DNA of 52,507 nucleotides, taken from contig NC_068981.1 of NCBI RefSeq assembly GCF_001194135.2, positions 117,597,520 through 117,650,026 on the forward strand, given 5' to 3'. The DNA is from Octopus bimaculoides. Lineage: Eukaryota. Position 1 is the stretch's first letter, and each line of letters begins with the position of its first letter. Shown in pieces: positions 1-11,139 of this stretch. The position numbers were made by a program, and so were the translations under genes. Under the pieces are notes generated by a model. That model was given only the letters and a program-made list of their open reading frames with translations, was not told the DNA's origin and ran no database searches.

Positions 1-34
<34 letters not shown>

Positions 35-469
35 ATATATACACACACATATATATATTATATAAAGTTTTCAAGCTTTTATATCTACTTCAATGACTTG
101 CTGATTTACTGTGATGCTTACAATCACTCGAGGTGTTTTTTTATAATTATTATAGCCTCCATTTGGTTGAAACAACAAGCATGGCCACCAGTAGAGTTTC
201 TCTGTGACGCTACTTGCACAAAGCCAATACTAATCTGTTCATACCATTTTATCTGGAATGTGCAAGTTGTAACTTTAGTTTTCAATGAAGGAGTCGGGCT
301 ACCTGCTCGAAGAATTTCACGTTTTCCCGCAATATTTCTGGACCCAAATGGCCTGTTTTTTTTTTTATATCTAGCACTCTATCTTTCTCCATTTCTAAGT
401 TCAGGGTAAAAATAAGGCAACTATGCAAAACACAACTGATATTTATACACAGATACACAGAAAAACTGC

Positions 470-1146
470 AATCAAATAATGAAATCGGAGTGCACAACAA
501 ACATCAGCGATCTGACTGCCACCTGTACTTTTAACAAGAGATGTGAGTTAGTCCTTTACACTTACCAGGCTCTTTGGTATTAGCCCGAGTTGGTGGATAA
601 CAGCAATCAAACAATGAGAGCGGAGTGCACAACACACATCACCGATCTGTCAGCTGTACCCTACACAAGAGATGTCAGTTAGTCCTTTACACCTACCAGG
701 CTCGTTTGTATTAGCCCGAGTTGCTGGATAATTTTTCGTTCCTTTAAAAATATTGTAGAATGGAAACTTTTCATAGACTGGAATTTAAATCCTAATCTCT
801 ATAGAAATTTATTGTTTCAAGAAAACATTGGATTTGAATTACTTTTAATTTTTACGCTTATAGATAACAACCTAGGCTTTAATATTTCAGCCCGAGTCAG
901 GCGCGTGTGAAAGATGTAGAGAGAACGTCTGCTTGGAATGATATTTTTTGACACAAGGCACCTCTAAGACAACAGCCAGACACTAAATGAAAATGAATGA
1001 ACTGCAATCAGGCTCAATAAATGGAACCCGAGTTATTGGTTGGAATTACATGCTTGAAGTTAGTGTTGGCAGAAATTAAATCAGCTTGCAAATACACGTT
1101 TACTTTAGCTAAATTTATACTTGGGCTAAACCTGAACAGCCCGAGT
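470..1146. repeat. Degenerate tandem repeat with five (C/T)(A/G)GGCT-N10-A(G/A)CCCGAGT motifs
   Basis: Motifs at 566-590, 697-721, 873-897, 1009-1033 and 1122-1146. The first two units (period 131 nt) also share GGAGTGCACAAC...ACAAGAGATGT.AGTTAGTCCTTTACAC. Confidence 0.85.
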
Positions 1147-1526
1147 GCCGGAGTTGCCACTNNNNNNNNNNNNNNNNNNNNNNNNNNNNNNNNNNNNNNN
1201 NNNNNNNNNNNNNNNNNNNNNNNNNNNNNNNNNNNNNNNNNNNNNNNNNNNNNNNNNNNNNNNNNNNNNNNNNNNNNNNNNNNNNNNNNNNNNNNNNNNN
1301 NNNNNNNNNNNNNNNNNNNNNNNNNNNNNNNNNNNNNNNNNNNNNNNNNNNNNNNNNNNNNNNNNNNNNNNNNNNNNNNNNNNNNNNNNNNNNNNNNNNN
1401 NNNNNNNNNNNNNNNNNNNNNNNNNNNNNNNNNNNNNNNNNNNNNNNNNNNNNNNNNNNNNNNNNNNNNNNNNNNNNNNNNNNNNNNNNNNNNNNNNNNN
1501 NNNNNNNNNNNNNNNNNNNNNATATA

Positions 1527-1531
1527 TATGC

Positions 1532-1564
<33 letters not shown>

Positions 1565-1595
1565 TGTATGTATGTATGTACGTATGTATGTATGT
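1527..1595. repeat. (TATG)n microsatellite
   Basis: Read directly; adjoins the gap at 1162-1521. Confidence 0.95.
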
Positions 1596-1865
1596 ATCTT
1601 CAATTAAACATTCAAAGTACCGCTAGTTTCGTAAATATTACCTGAAAGCCATTTTTGTGACTTATCAACACCAATTGGCGAAATATCGATATCCATAACT
1701 CCTGAGTGGGATTGGAGGCAAGTTGTCTCGCCTGTCTATGACTTTCAGGTGGTTTAAAGCTCAGTGCTATGAGGGAGTCATCCCCGAAATGCGCTATCGC
1801 AGTGAACCGTCGGACAAACGAAACACACACACACTGAGTTTGTGCAGTCGTTTATTCGATTTAAC

Positions 1866-2120
1866 TATGCATACATACATACATACATACATACATGCAT
1901 ACATACATACATACATGCATACATGCATACATACATGCATACATGCATACATACATACATACATGCATACATACATACATACATGCATACATACATACAT
2001 GCATACATACATACATGCATACATACATACATGCATACATGCATACATACATACATGCATGCATACATACATGCATACATACATACATACATACATGCAT
2101 ACATGCATACATACATACAT
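1866..2120. repeat. Compound (CATA)n/(CATG)n tetranucleotide microsatellite
   Basis: Read directly. It generates the spurious HTYI/MYVC ORFs. Confidence 0.97.
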
Positions 2121-2887
2121 ACGTGTGAGTGTGCGTGTGCGTGTGNNNNNNNNNNNNNNNNNNNNNNNNNNNNNNNNNNNNNNNNNNNNNNNNNNNNNNN
2201 NNNNNNNNNNNNNNNNNNNNNNNNNNNNNNNNNNNNNNNNNNNNNNNNNNNNNNNNNNNNNNNNNNNNNNNNNNNNNNNNNNNNNNNNNNNNNNNNNNNN
2301 NNNNNNNNNNNNNNNNNNNNNNNNNNNNNNNNNNNNNNNNNNNNNNNNNNNNNNNNNNNNNNNNNNNNNNNNNNNNNNNNNNNNNNNNNNNNNNNNNNNN
2401 NNNNNNNNNNNNNNNNNNNNNNNNNNNNNNNNNNNNNNNNNNNNNNNNNNNNNNNNNNNNNNNNNNNNNNNNNNNNNNNNNNNNNNNNNNNNNNNNNNNN
2501 NNNNNNNNNNNNNNNNNNNNNNNNNNNNNNNNNNNNNNNNNNNNNNNNNNNNNNNNNNNNNNNNNNNNNNNNNNNNNNNNNNNNNNNNNNNNNNNNNNNN
2601 NNNNNNNNNNNNNNNNNNNNNNNNNNNNNNNNNNNNNNNNNNNNNNNNNNNNNNNNNNNNNNNNNNNNNNNNNNNNNNNNNNNNNNNNNNNNNNNNNNNN
2701 NNNNNNNNNNNNNNNNNNNNNNNNNNNNNNNNNNNNNNNNNNNNNNNNNNNNNNNNNNNNNNNNNNNNNNNNNNNNNNNNNNNNNNNNNNNNNNNNNNNN
2801 NNNNNNNNNNNNNNNNNNNNNNNNNNNNNNNNNNNNNNNNNNNNNNNNNNNNNNNNNNNNNNNNNNNNNNNNNNNNNNNNNNNNNNN

Positions 2888-2951
<64 letters not shown>

Positions 2952-3925
2952 GTGATCAACTGATTCAAGTCTTCGATCGTGTTATAATTATTGGCATCCT
3001 TGATTGTTAACAAATATTTACACAATGATCTTCCAAAGACTGGAATTCTCAAAGAAAGAACATAAATAGCTGATGTCAATTATTCAGCTTCAATGTACTG
3101 ATGGCGCTATAAAATAAATAAGTGAAATTATTGTAGTCTAAAAGCCATTTAATATTGATTGTTAGAGGAAATGACCTGACATCTGTGGAAAGAAAAAATA
3201 ATTAGTTAAAGAAAGACGAGACATTTTTGCGTTGCTTTACTACTTTCAGCTACTAGACTGCGGCCATGTACGGATTTTCATCTTCAAAGACACCAAGAAT
3301 TTTTTCCGTCTGGTATGTATGTTATCGATATCTATTTAAAGATCACTGATTATCGAATCACTGATGCAGGCTTTGTATTAAAGTGACAAAATACAAAGTT
3401 TCACTGGTAAACACAGACACGGTACGGTCAAACGCACACAAACATAGAAATACATTTATAATGAAACTCTTGTTTTTACACGGACTTTAAGTTACACATG
3501 ACAGCATATTCAACCAAACTGGCTTAATAACACGTCAGGTGAAACTACACACACACGCACACAGTCGCGCTCGTGTGCGTGTGTCCTTCTTCACTGTTCA
3601 CACTAAGCAAAAATGAGACAAATGCCACCTTTTCTACTTTACGCCAATCAATCATGTGCTGCGCTCACTACAAATATGATCTTTACCACTTATTGGCATC
3701 TACATAAACTTGGGCAACCGTTTCCTCACAATGAATACCATTTCTACACGATAGAAGACACTGAAAAAAATCAAAGACCTGACTTCTGTCAATATCCTAT
3801 ATTTGATAAAATATTGATATATATACCATATTGTTTCCCAACAAAGTTTCGTGTATATGGATGAAATTAAGATAACTGATAGTGATTTTCGTTTAAAAAA
3901 ACGGTACATTTTGAAAGTAACATAC

Positions 3926-4116
3926 CTTTAAGTTGGGCCGGAGGATTGCAAGTAAATGTACAGTGTTTCTTGTACGACGTACCATACGGACAAGAAAATG
4001 TTGTATGCACCATGGATGGTAGTCTGCAGTCGACAGGGAGACAGCTTATCTCTTCGGAGCGCTGCCAATGACCATCTGCACAAACTACTTCGTTTAGGGC
4101 GTAGTTTAGTTGATAA
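3926..4116 (-). CDS. PAPPA: Pappalysin exon L (CCP1 end and CCP2): YQLNYALNEVVCADGHWQRSEEISCLPVDCRLPSMVHTTFSCPYGTSYKKHCTFTCNPPAQLK(G)
   Basis: Acceptor atattttag|T, donor AAAG|gtatgt; 191 nt, phase 2 to 1. Matches recalled VTCTEGKW...CEPVDC...FSCPEGTTFGSQCSFQCRHPAQLKG. Not in the ORF track. Confidence 0.96.
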
Positions 4117-4329
4117 CTAAAATATAATAATAATGGAAACCGAAATAAATTATAAAAGTACAGAGTAATTTCTTAGAAAATCAAAAGCACTCATCCATGG
4201 TGAAAGAATGTTTTCAGTATGGAATATACATAACTACTGTTGCTTGAAAACTGGTGTAGCTCTAATAAGATAATCGTGTTCTTGTCATACAATTCATATA
4301 GAAATACATTTACTAAGAAATGGAATATG

Positions 4330-4960
4330 ATTCCACATCATTGTTTCAATTTTAAAGTAGCTTCGTTATTATTTTAAAATGAAAAGAAGAAAGTATAATC
4401 TTCTGATTCCGAAGCTCATATATTCAAAACAGAGTGACACCAGCATTTCTAATTGGAAAGAACATCCACTGAAGACAATCCAAAATCTAAACGTTCTTCC
4501 ATTTCAACAAACAACCTCATAGCAAAAGTTCATGTTGTGATCCATGAAAATTGTTAGCTGACAATGCTGAAGTTTTCAAACAAGTAAGAATCTATAAAAG
4601 TTTACATCAATTCTTTTTTTTTTTTGAAAAGAAAAATTGAAGATACATTGTATTGCCTTAAAATGCGCGCCGCGAGTGCCTGGCCAAACATATTGGGAAC
4701 CGAGTCACAATTTCTCAGAAGCTGTTTGACTGCCTGAATGCAGACAAAAAGTCATAGAGTGTGCCATAATAAGTGAAAAATCATGAGATTGCTGCTAAGA
4801 TGTCGAAAGAAAAAAGTCGTCATTTTTGGTTGTATCATAAAAATATATCACTCATCGAAACTGAAGGTGATATCAATCCTTTTGTTTTGATCGGAAAGGA
4901 CACTGTTTATCCTGAATATGTTCTACAAGGTCATGCAATCAATTAATAGATTTTCTTAGA
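4330..4960 (+). mobile_element. Highly decayed mariner transposase remnant
   Basis: Frameshifted peptides DNPKSKRSSISTNNLIAKVHVVIHEN..LT (cf. D..RSGRPST..TDENI.KV...I..N.RLT) and KVI...FDRKG..VYPEYVLQGHAIN (cf. KVM...FFD..G.VH.EF.P.GQTVN). Confidence 0.65.
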
Positions 4961-5494
4961 AGTTTTAGAGAGGAAGTGTAAGGTAAAAGAGCTTGGATAT
5001 GTACAAACAAGATCTAGGCACTACACCACGAAATCGCATGAGAGTCACTCCTTACCCGAAGTTCTGATTGTGATAGATTACTAGTTTTCCTGCCCACAGT
5101 AAGGATAGTATCTTTTTATGCGATGTTATTACCAGTTCAAACACACTTAGTGATCCTACTTCGTAATAGTACTTTAGAGTATTTATATTTATATATGCAA
5201 AAGTTCAGATGGAGCTAAACAGGTCTGCCCTAATTGGCACAACGTTGCACACGTTGGCAACGGAATCAATTAATTGAAACGCCACACAGTATGAAGGGAA
5301 ACACAGATGTATAATAAAAGAAAGATCGCGTGTTTTAAGTAAATGTGCGTTTGTAGCTTTACTGTGGAAAGAAGATGATGTGCTCAGAAATTGCATGTTT
5401 TTCTCTCTAAATTGCTAATTTGATTACCGATCTCATTCGATGCGGTAAACCAAGCTGAATCTATACAGGTAAATCTCATTTCCTCTACAGATAC

Positions 5495-5499
<5 letters not shown>

Positions 5500-5539
<40 letters not shown>

Positions 5540-5745
5540 GGGAGAGAGAGAGAGAGAGAGAGAAAGAGACAGAGAGAGATATTGAATGATTGATAGACAG
5601 ATTGATGGATGGATAGATAAATGATTGTTAGAGATAAAGGGAGAGAGAGGGAGTGTGTATGTGTGTGTGTGTGTGTGTGCGTGTGTGTGCGTGTGTGTGT
5701 GTGTGTGTGCGTATGTGTGTGTATGTGTGTGAGAGAGAGAGAGAG
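5500..5745. repeat. (GA)n, GATA-like and (GT)n simple repeats
   Basis: Read directly. Confidence 0.9.
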
Positions 5746-6401
5746 ATGTTTTAACCAGGACTTTTCCCATCAAATGAAAACTGTGCACTATACACGTTCA
5801 TAAGGCTGTTTTACATCTTTACACCTCTATTGTATCACACTGTAGTGATATGAGACAGATAAAAGATAAATCAACAGGTAAATGTGGAACTGCTGACCTG
5901 CCGCTTTTTACTTTAATAATATTGTAGCCACCACCATTAGTCAGGCCACCCACCTCTAGGTAACGAGCAATGCTTCCTTTGAAAATGTTACAAATATTAT
6001 ACAACTGAGATCAACCTCAGGAACAACTATGTGTAAAATGCAACAGTAAAGTTGAATAATTTCCCGATGCACGTAATGTGTATTGGTGTATGAACTGAGA
6101 AGTGTTTCGTTGGAATATCATACATAGTTCAACGTCACAGTGTACTCAAAATTGTATCAACTTAATATTAAAAAGTTTATTTCATGATAGAGAAATGCGG
6201 TTGATCATTACAAAATCAATAATTGAATGTTCAGGGTAAAAATGAAACTTCGTTTACTTCCGACTTAATGTAGTTAATGACGGTAATTAACTCATTTATG
6301 AAGCTCATTAAATCTATTATAAACCTGAGTATTTCATGAAATTTATTTATTTCATTTTATCAATTATTTATGATCTCAACAAAGAGGATATCGAAACTTA
6401 C

Positions 6402-6648
6402 CCGTCCATACAACTAATATGGCAGACATCACTTTCACTTCGTCCAGTGCATGATATCACAGAGTTCCTTATGACAAGTGGTTCACATAACATCGGCGGA
6501 CATGTTTGGTTAACGCATTGTTGCGATCGTGGATTGTAAAATTCGTCTCCACCACAGTTCTCTGGTGTTATAGGATCAAAATTCTCGGAAGAGCGGAGTC
6601 GAACGCCAGCAATAGCAATGTTTGCGGATGAAAGTGATAGTTTTATAC
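6402..6648 (-). CDS. PAPPA: Pappalysin exon K (end of mid-region, start of CCP1): IKLSLSSANIAIAGVRLRSSENFDPITPENCGGDEFYNPRSQQCVNQTCPPMLCEPLVIRNSVISCTGRSESDVCHISCMD(G)
   Basis: Acceptor ctcttttaag|GT, donor GACGG|gtaagt; 247 nt, phase 1 to 2. Matches recalled AISGVALRSFDNFDPVTLSSC...QSCVHFAC. Not in the ORF track. Confidence 0.96.
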
Positions 6649-7000
6649 CTTAAAAGAGCAATGCAAAATTCAAGGATTACTTACCATCGGAATCAGGAAG
6701 CATTCAAATTAAAACAAAACATTGTGCTTTCTCCTTCCCCCCTTCCCTTTTCCCTTCGTTTATTTTATTTTATGTATTTGCCTTTACTCTGATGAAGCTC
6801 CAAGCACTAGATCGAATGTGCTATAAAGATGGCGAATATTATTTTCGGAATTTTCTTTGTAAGCACCGACTGACATTAGCAGCCAAAACGGCCATAAGAA
6901 ATGTTACGTAATGTTATGTTATGTTTTGTATTAAAAAATAATTAACTGATGTTGGTCAATTTGTTTGTTTGTTGATCATAAGTTTTCTCCATTTTCTGCT

Positions 7001-7031
<31 letters not shown>

Positions 7032-7282
7032 ACAGACAGACATATATATATGTATATATATGTGTGTGCGATTATGAAGGTATTGCATGTTGGTATGTCA
7101 GATATGCACTGATAATATCTATGGAGTGCGGAAGATGTCGATTGTCTTTAGTCATAAGAAATGTCGAAAATGAAGAAAACCAATGTGGATATGGGACATT
7201 TACCATTCTCTCGGAGAGAATACATACAAGAATATAAGTTGCTGATAAACTAAGGAGAAAATATAGATTTACAGATATATAC

Positions 7283-7505
7283 CTTTTGTCTTGAAAAATG
7301 GCTTGCTAAGATCATGGAATATGGATACATGGACAGGATTTGTGTTACAAACAACCATCAATTTTCTTTCGACATCAGTCACTTGATTATTGGAATCAAT
7401 CAATTGGATAAAGATAAACTTATTCTCAGGGCTGTCATATGTCCTCCCGTCTGAACCTAAGTAAATGATCACGGCGATTGCAATCACTGGACGTTTGAAA
7501 TAGAG
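7283..7505 (-). CDS. PAPPA: Pappalysin exon J: LYFKRPVIAIAVIIYLGSDGRTYDSPENKFIFIQLIDSNNQVTDVERKLMVVCNTNPVHVSIFHDLSKPFFKTK(G)
   Basis: Acceptor ttcctttacag|CTC, donor AAAG|gtatat; 223 nt, phase 0 to 1. Matches recalled YFSQPMVAAAVIVHLVTDG...SCRNNP...HDLSQPFY. Confidence 0.96.
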
Positions 7506-7850
7506 CTGTAAAGGAAAGAGGAAATGTAAGAAATATTTACGTATATGTTGTATGAATATATTAGTGTAGGCGTGTTTTGAATCTACATACAAAACATGTA
7601 CATTTTCTTTCATTCATTTACTGATGTCACTCATTTGACTACACCCACGCTGAGGCACCGCCACAGAAGTTTCATATAATTGTGAAGATCATATGATTTA
7701 CTTCGTTCAGTTATTTTTTTATCAACATCTATCTGTCGTACTGTTATGTTTCAGATATACATACGCGCGCGTGTGTGTGTGTGTGTGCATTTATGTGTAT
7801 ATGTAAGATTTCCAGGAGTGCAACACCTCCATTTAACGTCTCACAGGCTG

Positions 7851-10202
7851 CATCTGCATATGTACGTATATGGATATATATATATGTATATAAATAGAAA
7901 ATGAGATGACAAAAGAATAAGCGATTCATTATATATATATGACTAAATCAATGATATAAATCCTCTTAAAGGGATGTCAGCATCCACGTTCTCCGGTTAT
8001 ATCCAGTATATAAGCGAAAAATCGACGATGTTAGTTTTGCATTCACGGATCTGGGTATACTATTTATTATTTTTTATGTATGAGAAAAAGAAAACAAAGA
8101 AACTGACATATAGACATCAGTTTATTAGAACATAATACAGTTCTGAAGAATATCAAACTCAATTTCACCTACAATTGTTTCCATGCCAAATTGAATCACT
8201 TTGAGAAATTAAATTAAATTAAATTTCCATATCGAATATCGTTAATTGGGTACTTCATTAGGGGAAGAATTGGATAGAAAGGACTTATATTCCGATGTGT
8301 TGTTTAAACCTAGGTAGACTCAGATATGTGCGTTTCAACAACTAATGTATTAAAAAAAAACACCGTTATTTATGGATATGTAAATGCATTGGTGAACGTG
8401 TGTGTGTCATGTGTTGAAATAAACAAAAACAACATATCCGTTAGTTAGCTTAAACGATATTTCGATACGATTACTTTAAACTAGAAGCTAACAAAAACAC
8501 GATTACTTATGATAGATCGAAATGTTATTAAAGTTTTTAATCACTTAAGAAATTTAATTATAAGCCACCCAATTGCAATCTAGAAATCATAGTTAAATAA
8601 TAAATTATTATTATTATTTTGGCGTAGCACCGATGTAAAAGAAATTCTTACCTTCAAAATTTCTTTTACACCGGTGCTACGCAAAACTATATCAGAAAAA
8701 CATATCGCTAATCACAATTATACATTTAATAATAAAAATAAGTTGTATTAGTAAATTTATTTGGGATTTAAAGGACAATAACATGTTTACTGTGAGTGGG
8801 AATTAATAAGCAGGGCTAGTGCCTATGAAATTGGCAATACCTTTTGTTTTCTTTGCATAGAAGAATTATACCAAATCTTAAATTCCAAACGTAGACTCCT
8901 TATCACAAGTGGGAGGGTGGATATATCCTGTGTTCACGTCTATAAGCATGTTTTCAAAAACTACCTTTAAATACAATGTAAAATTTACCAGGACTATACA
9001 TTTCGGCGGTATCTCAGAATTAATATACTAACAGTTATAGATATAAAGATTAGGTAATTCTTAGTAGATATATTAATATTAAAATATAAAATAAATGATA
9101 AATATGAATATAAAGTTTTATTTACAGGTAACTGTATTATATAAAGGTTAAAAGTATTTTAATTTAAGTACATATCTTAGGAATCTGTAATTGATATATT
9201 TAAAAAAAATAATTGGTATCTTAATTTAAAGATACTTCATATCAATTCAATAATGGTTTTAATTTTTATTAATTTCCCTAATTTAGATTTTTTAACGTTA
9301 GTGCGTTCCTCAATTAAGCTCGTGTACACTATTATGTAAACAAATACATTGTGCACAAATATTGATTACATAATGCTCAGTTATGGTAATCAGTAAGCAG
9401 TCTTGATTCGTCATCGTCTAGTAGCTTTCAATGCATTAACGCGCGCGCGCACACAAATACGTAATGTAAATATTACATATACGTAACTATGGTTTTTAAA
9501 AATAAAAAATTATAAAATGATAATAATAATGTATTATCTAGATTGCAACTGGGTAATTTATAATTAAATTTCTTACGTCATTAAATACTTTAATGACATT
9601 TCGATCTAGCATAAGTAACAGCGTAGTTTAGGATTAATGGCTTTTGAGCTTCTAGTTTAAAGTAATCGTATCGAAATATCTAACTGACGGATATTTTTTT
9701 TTCAACACATTACACAAGCCCGCACAAATGCATTAAACAACTTTGCGCTTACATATACATAAGTAACGGTGATTTTTTTTTTTTAAATATATTGGTTGCT
9801 GAAACGCACATATCTGAATCTATCAAGGTTTAAACAACACATCGGAATATAAGTCCTTTCTTACAAATTCTTCCCCTGATGAAACACCCAATTAACGATA
9901 TTGGATATGGAAATTTAATTTAATCTAATCTAATTTAATTCCTCAAATTGATTCAATTGGGCATGGAAACAATTGTAGGTGAAATTGAGTTTGATATTCT
10001 TCAGACTTGTATTATGTTCTAATAAACTGATGTCTATATGTCAGTTTTTTGTTTTCTTTTTCTCATACATAAAAAATAATAAATAGTATACCCAGATCCG
10101 TCAATGCGAAACTAACATCTTCAATTTTTCGCTTATATACTGGATATAACCGGAGAACGTGGATGCTGACATCCATTTAAGAGGATTTATATCCTTTATT
10201 TA

Positions 10203-10252
<50 letters not shown>

Positions 10253-10323
10253 GAATCGTTTATTCTTTTGTCATCTCATTTTCTATTTATATACATATAT
10301 ACATATACGTACATATGCAGATG
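7851..10323 (+). mobile_element. 5'-truncated Penelope-like element with inverted pseudo-LTRs (about 2.5-kb foldback)
   Basis: Arms at about 7851-8585 and 9536-10323 are reverse complements, both ending CATCTGCATATGTACGTATATG. The spacer encodes a decayed GIY-YIG C-terminus on + (NHNYTFNNKNK...IWDLKDN...EWELISRASAYEIGNTFCFLCIEELYQILNS...LL). Each arm has a hammerhead-like core. Confidence 0.88.
9866..9986 (+). ncRNA. Type I hammerhead ribozyme-like motif in the Penelope pLTR (antisense to pappalysin)
   Basis: CTGATGA at 9876-9882, stem II with CCCAATT/AATTGGG, then GAAAC-AATT-GTA at 9966-9977 (palindromic stem III loop typical of Penelope hammerheads), followed by GG pairing with the CC before the core. 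The base of stem II is imperfect. Confidence 0.6.
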
Positions 10324-10559
10324 TATATGTATGTATATGTCTTTATATCCTTGATTTATTATATATGTATATAAAAAGAAAATGAGTTACAGCTGTTTCT
10401 GCAAGAGATTCATAGTTGAGTGTCTGAGCAATGCCTTATAGCTTCATCGGAACCTCGAGTATGAAGTACAATTTATTTGGGAAAAGTTATTTATACATAA
10501 ATATAATTCTTTTCCCAAATAAATTGCACTTCATATTTGAGGCTGCGATGATGCTATAA

Positions 10560-10790
10560 GGCACTCAACTGAGTCCACTGTGTCTTGTAGCAGAAGCCGC
10601 TGGAAGATCTTTTATGCTGGAGCATCGCCTTTATTTGAGTACAGAGGGGTTCGCCACCACCCCTGCCGGAGCCTTGTGGAGCTTTAAGTGTTTTCGCTCA
10701 ATAAACACTTACAACGCCCGGTCTGGGAATCGAAGCCGCGATCCTATGACAGCGAGTCCGCTGCCCTAACCACTGGGCCATTGCACCTCT
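10560..10790 (-). mobile_element. tRNA-derived SINE (family C-like)
   Basis: The minus strand starts GAGGTGCAATGGCCCAGTGGTTAGGGCAGCGGACTCGCTGTCATAGGATCGCGGCTTCGATTCCCAGACCGG, with A and B boxes. Confidence 0.8.
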
Positions 10791-11139
10791 AATGAACTTC
10801 ATGAAGCTAATGAATTTCATAAGATAATCGTTTATTATATTGTCATCTCATTTTCTATTTATATACATAAATACACACACATATACGTACGAACTTAAGG
10901 AAGTTCATAGAAGTATGTCCTTGAAAATTTGAACTGAAATGAAAAGATCAATATTCTAAAAATTCATTCTTAAGCACAACCGATAAATAGTAGCACTTTA
11001 TCTCAATCTGCAAACACATTCACCAATTTCTACAAAGACTGATATACAAACAGAAAAACATGCAGATTTTAGCCACCTAAATATATTACAAGTATTTCAG
11101 CACATTTGCATACTCATTTACACCATTCTTTTTTTTTTC

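Noticed and set aside
150-350. Minus-strand KTKVTTCTFQIKWY resembling the PAPP-A CCP5 segment VVCTAGLKWY
   Set aside because: No supporting Cys pattern or convincing splice sites, and CCP3-4 exons would have to precede it.
566-1146. CRISPR array interpretation of the spaced motifs
   Set aside because: Eukaryotic intron, degenerate repeats, irregular 90-150-nt spacers partly homologous to each other, and no cas genes.
1021-3079. Long ORFs (HTYI, MYVC, X runs); similar ones at 22765-23820, 45345-46614 and 50559-50942
   Set aside because: Artefacts of microsatellites and N-gaps lacking stop codons.
5384-5490. Peptide EEMRFTCIDSAWF after a ctgtag acceptor, resembling a sushi-domain end
   Set aside because: Exons K and L join in phase and cover the domain without it, and its phase is incompatible with exon K.
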